A stretch of 5,881 nucleotides of DNA from Amoeboradix gromovi X-113. Its lineage: Eukaryota; Fungi; Sanchytriomycota. The stretch covers positions 1-5,881 of the forward strand of contig JADGIF010000623.1 of NCBI GenBank assembly GCA_018985225.1, written 5' to 3'. This document shows, piece by piece, positions 1 to 5,881 of the stretch. The notes under the pieces were generated by a model. That model searched no databases. It was not told the origin of the DNA and saw only the letters and a list, made by a program, of their open reading frames with translations. The first letter of the stretch is position 1, and each line of letters starts with the position of its first letter. Position numbers and translations under genes: made by a program.

Positions 1-169
1 AGAAGATTGCAAATTCTGGTGAAAGTTTTAGCATGAACTCAAAAGCAAGAGTGATGTCAGATACGTTAAGAAACTCGCTTCTATGCAGAAACTCTGTTGC
101 TCTCTCATCAGGAGTCTAAGAACTACAAGAAAATCCGCAGAGAAACTAGTCAATGAAAGTGTGATTTTA

Positions 170-1120
170 TCATTTATTCTGTTTATTAGGTCTTATATAG
201 CACATGGGAACGCTTTTGTTCTTTACAATGAGCTGACTTGTGCACAATAACCCCAGGTTGCTTCGATCTAATTTTGGAAACATATGAATCCCAGTATATT
301 TTTCAAGAAATACCAATGGAACCTCAAAGTGATGGAGTGGAATATCTGCAGGAATAGGTTTGTTAGGAATGAGAAATGCAGCAACCATAAAATCAGGGAA
401 GTGAGACTGATTTGGCAAGTTTACAGATGAGCTAGGCAATTTACAAACAACAACCTTATATAAATGAGAAGGAACAGCTACCTTCTGCTTGCCTATTAGA
501 GGTATTGTTATGTCGTCCTTAATTGGGGTCAAATGGTCGTAATTTAGTGTATTCAATGGGCTACCATTGATTATGGTGCTTAAATGCAACTTATCAAATG
601 ATATCGGCATCCAACATGGGCCTGATAATATCCATACTTGTTCGAATGCATTGCTATGGATCAGATTTCGACTCCAACTTTCTAATTGAGCCCAGTAATT
701 TTTGTTATTGTCGAAATCCTGAGGAATAATGTTACTCAATGAGAACGTGTCGTTCATGTGTTCTTGGGATAATTTATTGGCTGCAGCAGGACTCATGTGG
801 CCCCTACTAAAACCGCTTTTATGATAATCCTGGTTAGTAGCTTGAAATAAAGTTGGGACATTTTCGTCTTTGGTAAATGGTACATCTTTTCTGCTAACTT
901 CTTCTGATTTACCAAGTGAATTGCTAGTGTAATGTTCCAAAACCCATAATGGTACTTTTCTCAAATAATCAACTTCTGCAACAAACCCAGCTTTTTGTAC
1001 CACTATAGATGTACTGGGTAAACCTAACATTTCTTTTTCATTTATAGCGTACGCACCAATAGCTGCAACATTGGTCAGACTAAATATACAATTTCGAACT
1101 TTACCAAACATAAGGGGCAT
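170..1120 (-). CDS. EXOG: DNA/RNA non-specific (His-Me finger) nuclease of the EndoG/Nuc1/EXOG family, EXOG-like, probably mitochondrial
   Basis: Intact 316-aa ORF with family motifs PLWVLEH, DY-x3-SRGHMSPA, TFSLSNIIPQDFDNN-x2-YW, VWILSGP, VAVPSHLYKV, AAFLIPN and LEKYTG. SRGH rather than DRGH, plus PQDFDNN, match the EXOG subfamily as I recall it. An alternative start at ATG 1111 gives MFGKVRNCIFSL..., which looks like a targeting/anchor segment. Family assignment is secure; orthology to EXOG is inferred. Confidence 0.9.
   Translation of the reverse strand: MPLMFGKVRNCIFSLTNVAAIGAYAINEKEMLGLPSTSIVVQKAGFVAEVDYLRKVPLWVLEHYTSNSLGKSEEVSRKDVPFTKDENVPTLFQATNQDYHKSGFSRGHMSPAAANKLSQEHMNDTFSLSNIIPQDFDNNKNYWAQLESWSRNLIHSNAFEQVWILSGPCWMPISFDKLHLSTIINGSPLNTLNYDHLTPIKDDITIPLIGKQKVAVPSHLYKVVVCKLPSSSVNLPNQSHFPDFMVAAFLIPNKPIPADIPLHHFEVPLVFLEKYTGIHMFPKLDRSNLGLLCTSQLIVKNKSVPMCYIRPNKQNK
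173..178 (-). promoter_or_regulatory. Putative poly(A) signal AATAAA directly before the nuclease stop
   Basis: Coding strand reads AAT AAA TGA TAA. Confidence 0.5.
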
Positions 1121-1505
1121 TGCACGATTTCCCAGTCAAAGCTGATATATCTAGCGTCATGTAGGCGTGAATTGAGATGTAAATGCGCATTAAAGCAATG
1201 TCAAAGGTATTCAAAGTCTAGTCTGTAACAGCCAGAGGCTAGTTGGCAATGAAAGGAGTTGTAGCCCAGAGAGAAGGTAATAAGACATCGAATCTTTCTA
1301 CTTGCAGCTAAGTATTTTAAAGACATTGGCTTTAAACAATTTGTCCTCTTGTTTCCAGATAGTATCCCATAATGTACGCAAAAAATCAGTAACTACTTTT
1401 TTTATATTAAGCAAAAAGAAAACAAATTTATGGCACTTAGTCACATATAAACATAGCTAATTAGAGCCGAAGTAATCAAATTTTAGAGTTGAAACAAGTA
1501 ATAAG

Positions 1506-1511
1506 TTTATT
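1506..1511 (-). promoter_or_regulatory. Putative poly(A) signal AATAAA containing the stop of the EPEA protein
   Basis: Coding strand reads CAA TAA A. Confidence 0.55.
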
Positions 1512-2028
1512 GGAACATCAAAGCCCCTACAACAGATACACTAACTAATAACGAAGATGCGCTCGAATAAGTGGTATCTCCAGAATATCCGGTATAATCA
1601 GAAGCCTCGGTGGTTTCAACAGCTATTGGGGATACATTAGGAGAAGCGTAATCAGTTTCAACTGGAGTAGGTGCAGCCTCAGGTTCTGCCTCAGGTTCTG
1701 CCTCAGGTTCTGCCTCAGGTTCTGCCTCAGGTTCTGCTTCAGGTTCTGCTTCAGGTTCTGCTTCAGGTTCTGCTTCAGGTTCTGCTTCAGGTTCTGAGAA
1801 TGGCGGTAGTGGTGGTTGGGTAAATACCGGTAAGGCATATGGATATCCAGGTGCAGTTGTAGCTGCCGGAGCAGCTGTAGTTTCAACAGCAACAGGAGAG
1901 ACATACGTAGTTTCTATTGGTTTTGATGACGGATAGTCGTCCCCTTTAGCTGGTAGAGGAGCTGGAGGAGGGGGCTTATAGTAATCGTTAGATGGATAGC
2001 TCGAAACTATTGAAATAAATGAAAGCAT
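1507..2028 (-). CDS. Secreted, probably GPI-anchored Pro/Thr/Glu/Ala-rich surface (cell wall) protein, 173 aa
   Basis: The track start at 2037 is a TTG; the first ATG is 2028 (MLSFISIVSS-YP, short hydrophobic N-terminus). The body is low complexity with (EPEA)10. The C-terminus YSSASSLLVSVSVVGALMFQ has small residues followed by a hydrophobic tail, as in GPI signals. The TAA stop sits inside AATAAA. Confidence 0.8.
   Translation of the reverse strand: MLSFISIVSSYPSNDYYKPPPPAPLPAKGDDYPSSKPIETTYVSPVAVETTAAPAATTAPGYPYALPVFTQPPLPPFSEPEAEPEAEPEAEPEAEPEAEPEAEPEAEPEAEPEAEPEAAPTPVETDYASPNVSPIAVETTEASDYTGYSGDTTYSSASSLLVSVSVVGALMFQ
1675..1794 (-). repeat. Coding minisatellite, 12 bp x 10, encoding (EPEA)10
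   Basis: On the coding strand: 5x GAACCTGAAGCA, 4x GAACCTGAGGCA, 1x GAACCTGAGGCT, head to tail with no spacers. Confidence 0.98.
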
Positions 2029-2512
2029 TCTGAGCAAGCAATTCTTTGTCAGCTATTTATTAGAGAAAATTCCTTGCAATCGAGTTTGATTCGCTGAATT
2101 ATAAATTACTTGGTCTAGATTTCCAATCAGCAGGGAAAGGCAAGCAAAATAATCCTTGGAATACATATGACAAGCAGCGTGAAATATTGCCAGAAAGACG
2201 TGGTTCTAACGCCCGAATTAGATGGATTTGAACGTTAAATTGCCGAATTATCATGAAAATCTTTTTTGTCAATTGAAACGAGTCAAAAATCAAATCCACC
2301 TGATCTTAATTTAACGTACTTCACAGGTTGAGCCGTATAAAAGCAGATACTAGGCAATTAAACCTATCGATTAGAAGTTGTAATTTGATAATTTTTGAAA
2401 AACTACGAAGTTGAGTCATGTGTGTTTTAGATTAAGGTAACAAAATAAATTCAAATTAATTGACTTTGACATCAAAAACTCCCAGATATATTTAGTTGTT
2501 GATGATTTTAGC

Positions 2513-3145
2513 GTGCTCAAGGTCCTGGACTGCGATTCTTTAATTTTACTACATACCAAGGAATATTTTCATAGCGATCCAGATGAAGCAACAAATATTA
2601 CTCTGTCCAAGGATTATGACTTTTCCACCTGTTTCAACCGAACTCGTTTACTTAAATGGAACCAGCTGAACCAGTCCGCTGAGCTGGACATAGTCTGCAG
2701 TGGAGAATCGATCTCAGTAACTCCTTTTGAGAGCGGTTTTGTTTCTTATTCAGAGTCATCAGTAAAACAATGGCAAGTTCAGTTTTTTCCGTTGTACTCC
2801 ACGATTGCATCAACGAAGGAAGACCTGAAATATTTTCGCCTTGTGCAGTTGCAAAAACCTTACAAAACGGTAGTGTTCAAGGACTGTTTGCAACTGGACC
2901 AACTGCGAGACTTTTTATGCTTAAAAGGCCTTGCTTTAACCAGTGAAGAATACGGCCACTTGATTTTAGAAGTCGAAGTGCAATCCTCTGTAAATCCTGC
3001 CTATAAATTGAATCTAGACCAATGTTTAGCTTATTGTGTAATATTTAAAGAAAAGAAATGCGTCGGCCCAACTATTTTGGATGAGGCATTAACCGAAATT
3101 GGAGATATGATAGCTTTAGACGAATTGATTCAGTATCAGCAATAA
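2513..3145 (+). CDS. Hypothetical protein; 5' end unresolved
   Basis: The frame is stop-free from 2441 to TAA 3143-3145 (234 sense codons), which is unlikely by chance in AT-rich DNA. It ends in CAA-TAA-A like its neighbours and abuts the convergent kelch gene with an 11-bp gap. The track start at 2513 is GTG and the only in-frame ATG is at 3107. No domain recognised. Confidence 0.65.
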   Translation: MLKVLDCDSLILLHTKEYFHSDPDEATNITLSKDYDFSTCFNRTRLLKWNQLNQSAELDIVCSGESISVTPFESGFVSYSESSVKQWQVQFFPLYSTIASTKEDLKYFRLVQLQKPYKTVVFKDCLQLDQLRDFLCLKGLALTSEEYGHLILEVEVQSSVNPAYKLNLDQCLAYCVIFKEKKCVGPTILDEALTEIGDMIALDELIQYQQ

Positions 3146-3152
3146 ATTTATT
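3141..3152. promoter_or_regulatory. Palindromic double polyadenylation signal AATAAATTTATT shared by convergent genes
   Basis: AATAAA (+, 3141-3146) contains the stop of the orphan ORF. TTTATT (3147-3152) is AATAAA on the - strand, 4 nt past the kelch stop. Function is inferred. Confidence 0.6.
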
Positions 3153-3156
3153 CAAT

Positions 3157-4324
3157 TTACTCGTCCAGCAGTATTTCAAATTTCGTTATTTGCGGTAAAT
3201 ATGCTTGTGATGATAGTTCTAGAACATATAGATCATCATATATATTCCTACCATCGTATCCCCCGTAATAGAATATCCTTCCGTCTACCAATAGTCCACA
3301 TGTATAGCCTCTTCCATTCGGTATATGCCCTTGAACTTTGCAGCCTTCAAAAGACATGGTTACTAAATTAAGTAGATTCAGCTCATTCAGGTATTTGCTG
3401 CCATTGTGTCCTCCGAATATAAACAAATAGCTTCCTACCTGTGTACTGGTATGTGATAAGCGAGGCAGTGACTTCATTTCATTCTTAACAGGCAGCCACC
3501 TCATTTTCTCTAAATTATTGAAAACTACCTAAATCTAGTATGTGGGTGTCTCCAAAGCACTCTTGCCCATCAGAACCACCAAACAATATAGCTTTACTTC
3601 CTAATAAATTAACTGTTTGATAGCCTCTTGCAGTAGGCTGCGGACCAAGCGTTTTGGCTTGACTCCATGATATGTTTTCATTGTTCTCGATTGAAAGTAT
3701 GAATACATCCTCTAGTGCTTTAGAACCATCTCCACCGAAAATAATGTATAGTTTGTTTTTATAAGCGCAGGCTGTGTGTGCTCTTCTGGGACCAGGGGGG
3801 ATACCTTTGGCTATGGGTTTCCTCCAAATATGAGTTTTTACATTAAGTACGTATATCTCATTAAAGTAGTTTGGGCCACTTCCCCCTCCAAATATATACA
3901 AATCATCATTAATCACAGTCGCTGTGTGAGCTCTAACAGGTGGAGGTAAATCACCTTTACAAACAGGATTTGTCCATATAAAAGACTCTGTATCAAATAT
4001 AAATAGATCATTAGAGCATTTGTTTTGATCTGAACCTCCAAATAAATATATTTTAGTTCCGATCAAATTCATGGTATGTGCTCTAAGCTGTTTTGGGCAA
4101 ATGTCACTTCGCGGTATTATCTTTCGCCAATACATTGATGTCGCTGGTACTGTAGGGGTAACATGTTCGGGTATAACCTTTTCACCATTCCAACCAAGTG
4201 TTCGGCTCTTTCGTAACATTGCACGCTCACGTTGAGATTTCGTTTTGTTCAAAGAAGTCTGTGATAATTCCTGTCTTAAAGGCGACAATTCATCGTTTCT
4301 AGATGATTTTTCTATATTTTCCAT
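3157..4324 (-). CDS. Kelch-repeat (six-bladed beta-propeller) protein, 382 aa; two exons, 4324-3529 and 3509-3157
   Basis: Four kelch repeats are in exon 1 (RAHT..IYLFGG, RAHT..LYIFGG, RAHT..IIFGG, RGYQT..ILFGG) and two in exon 2 (RLSHT..LFIFGG, RGYT..FYYGG). Removing 3510-3528 gives DTHILDL-E-KMRW, which restores the blade-4 terminal Trp. Exon lengths 796+353 = 1149 nt = 383 codons. The tail AYLPQIT resembles fungal kelch proteins as I recall them. Confidence 0.93.
3510..3528 (-). other. 19-nt spliceosomal intron (phase 1) in the kelch gene
   Basis: Coding strand reads TTA G|gtagttttcaataatttag|AG AAA ATG. It has GT..AG ends and a TAG acceptor, is AT-rich, contains an in-frame TAA, and its removal exactly corrects the frame between the two kelch ORFs. 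Confidence 0.88.
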
Positions 4325-4381
4325 GAGAAAGCAGAATCAATGTTAATGTTTCAAATTTATTGACCTAAAAGATAATTAATA

Positions 4382-4387
4382 TTTATT
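4382..4387 (-). promoter_or_regulatory. Putative poly(A) signal AATAAA overlapping the zinc-finger stop
   Basis: Coding strand reads CAA TAA TAA A. Confidence 0.55.
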
Positions 4388-4685
4388 ATTGAAATACGGG
4401 AATGCCAATGAATAAATCGTGTACGATTCTATTAAAGGCTACTTCACAACACTTTTGGTGTTTAAGTAAATCTAATTTGCTCTTAAAGCTCATTTGGCAA
4501 TCACACTTGAACATGCTTACGTTCATATGTAACAAAAGGTGCCTCATCATTTTGAATTTGGATTTTTTAACCGACTTGCATCCTTTCCATGAGCACTTTT
4601 GCGATTGATAATCTTTCAAATGTACCTTAAGATGACTCAATGGGTCTAAAACCTCTTTATTGCATTTATCCCAAAGGCAAATCAT
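4386..4685 (-). CDS. Small C2H2 zinc-finger protein (99 aa) with tandem CxWxxC fingers, PacC/Rim101/GLI/Zic-like
   Basis: The first ATG is 4685 (track start 4736 is TTG). Finger 1 is CLWDKC..HLKVH, finger 2 is CSWKGC..HLLLH, and finger 3 is degenerate: FKCDC..F....DLLKHQKC. The stop TAA-TAA overlaps AATAAA. Confidence 0.8.
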   Translation of the reverse strand: MICLWDKCNKEVLDPLSHLKVHLKDYQSQKCSWKGCKSVKKSKFKMMRHLLLHMNVSMFKCDCQMSFKSKLDLLKHQKCCEVAFNRIVHDLFIGIPVFQ

Positions 4686-4957
4686 TAGAACTTCTGCTTT
4701 AGTTGATCTTGTCGAATTTAAACAGAATACAACCAATCTTCAAGTCTGATCTTAAGCTGTCATGTCCAATCAATGTACAGTGCTAGGATTAAATGGGTCT
4801 ATCTTTCATGGAACTTATGAATACTCCACCTCCCAAACCTATAACGAAATACTTAGTACACCAAATATTTGCAGTCTCTAAAAAGTGAGATCTAAACTTA
4901 AGTTTTGCTTTAATCCAATGCAGAAAAAAGATCAAACACTGGAGATTCTGTTTGAGT

Positions 4958-5707
4958 ATGACAAAAATAATTTTAATTTTGAGTGGCAAAGGTGGATGTG
5001 GTAAATCTAGTTGCACTTCGCTGCTAGCTCATGAATTAAGTGCAAAAGCAAAGGTTGGCATATTAGATGTTGACTTATGTGGACCTTCACAATCAAGGAT
5101 GATGGGGCTGAATGACTGCAAGATCCAAATGACTGAGAATGGATGGGAGCCAGCAATGAAGGGCAATATATCAGTCATGTCTTTGGCTTTTATGATGGCT
5201 TCAGACGATACGCCGGTAATATGGCGTGGTCCAAAAAAGAACGCAATGATTATGCAGTTTATTAGTCAAACAAACTGGCCCGAACTTGACTTCCTACTGA
5301 TAGACACACCTCCAGGTACAAGTGATGAGCACTTGACTATTGTAGAATACTTGCAAGAGAATCCACTCAAAAACAATGTCACTACTTCACTTAATGCTTT
5401 GATTATTACAACTCCTCAGAAGGTTGCATGCAATGATGTTAAAAAAGAGCTTATGTTTTGTCATCGTGTGGGGCTCTCTGTGATTGGAGTTATTGAGAAT
5501 ATGAGTGGATACACCTGTCCTCATTGTAACACTTGTAGTCATATATTCTCCAAAAAGAGCTACGTTGAAGACATGTGCACACAATTTAACACCCGAATTA
5601 TAGGAAAGCTACCTATTATGCCAAATATTGCTAAATCACTGGACAATGGTGATTCAATGACTTTAGATCCTAAATATTTTGCACCGGTCCTAGATGCTAT
5701 CATTTAA
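4958..5707 (+). CDS. CFD1: Cytosolic Fe-S cluster assembly factor Cfd1/NUBP2 (Mrp/NBP35 family P-loop NTPase), 249 aa
   Basis: Motifs SGKGGCGKS (deviant Walker A), DVDLCGPS, VIWRGPKKNAMI, IDTPPGTSDEH, TTPQ and ENMSGYTCPHC. There is no N-terminal four-Cys ferredoxin-like extension, which favours Cfd1 over Nbp35. The first ATG is 4958 (track start 4952 is TTG). Confidence 0.92.
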   Translation: MTKIILILSGKGGCGKSSCTSLLAHELSAKAKVGILDVDLCGPSQSRMMGLNDCKIQMTENGWEPAMKGNISVMSLAFMMASDDTPVIWRGPKKNAMIMQFISQTNWPELDFLLIDTPPGTSDEHLTIVEYLQENPLKNNVTTSLNALIITTPQKVACNDVKKELMFCHRVGLSVIGVIENMSGYTCPHCNTCSHIFSKKSYVEDMCTQFNTRIIGKLPIMPNIAKSLDNGDSMTLDPKYFAPVLDAII

Positions 5708-5711
5708 TAAA
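5706..5711 (+). promoter_or_regulatory. Putative poly(A) signal AATAAA overlapping the CFD1 stop
   Basis: Sequence reads ATT TAA TAA A. Confidence 0.55.
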
Positions 5712-5881
5712 TATAATTAATTAGTACTTGCTTAACAGTTCGTCATAAATTGATTGAGTTTTCATAACGAAATTAGTTTTCACTGCAAATGGTGCGAATT
5801 TTCAATGCAAGACAGCTGTTGAATATGTAGAATATATCATTAATCGAGAATTTGTATTATTTCCATAAATTGTGTGACCTT

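Noticed and set aside
1-169. Partial gene at the left edge (+ frame open 3-119, or - strand ATG at 34)
   Set aside because: Too short to choose between the options, with no motif and no AATAAA at the + stop; it needs flanking sequence.
553-570. 7-bp inverted repeat TCAATGG-gcta-CCATTGA
   Set aside because: Short and inside a CDS; expected by chance.
1121-1500. Small ORFs or spliced models in the intergenic gap, including a KDIGFK stretch reminiscent of the RPS29 C-terminus and a CPLC in a frame overlapping the nuclease start
   Set aside because: The rest of RPS29 (Cys motifs) and any RING pattern are absent, and the frames are short and broken by stops.
1675-1794. CRISPR-like array
   Set aside because: The 12-bp units are contiguous with no spacers and in frame in a eukaryotic CDS, and there are no cas genes.
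1623-1904. 93-aa ORF with QNLK/QNLR repeats
   Set aside because: It is an alternative frame of the EPEA gene, kept open by the stop-free repeat.
2099-2299. 66-aa minus ORF with a non-ATG start
   Set aside because: No recognisable features; it lies in a probable divergent promoter region.
2296-2353. U2 snRNA-like fragments on the - strand (TAGTATCTGCTTTTAT and TAAGATCAGGTG)
   Set aside because: They are short and in reverse order relative to U2, and lack the GTGTAGTA branch-pairing sequence and stems. An Infernal RF00004 search would settle it.
3157-3504. Independent 115-aa kelch gene
   Set aside because: It has only two blades and is exon 2 of the upstream kelch gene.
4365-4397. Possible 33-nt intron (gtatttc...ttttag, - strand) removing the zinc-finger stop and fusing it to kelch
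   Set aside because: The spliced product is out of frame with kelch and soon stops. The unspliced end already fits the stop/AATAAA pattern.
2300-4755. 10-mer CTGATCTTAA in both divergent intergenic regions (2300-2309 and 4746-4755)
   Set aside because: One shared AT-rich 10-mer between two regions of about 300-400 bp is plausible by chance; it needs a genome-wide enrichment test.
4402-5584. Track ORFs 4402-4608 (+), 4789-5016 (-) and 5387-5584 (-)
   Set aside because: These are short antisense shadows of the zinc-finger and CFD1 genes with no motifs.
170-5707. Genome-wide stop-codon reassignment (TAR=Gln as in Amoeboaphelidium protococcarum, or TGA=Trp)
   Set aside because: Conserved CDSs have no internal TAA, TAG or TGA, all their Trp codons must be TGG, and the genes end at TAA where homology ends.

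Overview
This is an AT-rich, gene-dense eukaryotic window, most likely from a compact-genome early-diverging fungus or related opisthokont (inference from gene content, not proven). It holds six protein genes: an EXOG-type (SRGH) mitochondrial nuclease (-), a small secreted, probably GPI-anchored Pro/Thr/Glu-rich protein with a 12-bp x10 EPEA repeat (-), an orphan ORF with no usable ATG (+), a six-bladed kelch protein (-), a 99-aa PacC/GLI-like C2H2 zinc-finger miniprotein (-), and Cfd1/NUBP2 (+). The two kelch ORFs in the track are one gene joined by a 19-nt GT-AG intron (3510-3528), near the lower size limit known for spliceosomal introns. All six genes have AATAAA overlapping or within 4 nt of the stop codon, and a convergent pair shares a palindromic double signal. 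Together these suggest a miniaturised pre-mRNA processing system. I found no supportable RNA gene, mobile element or CRISPR array.
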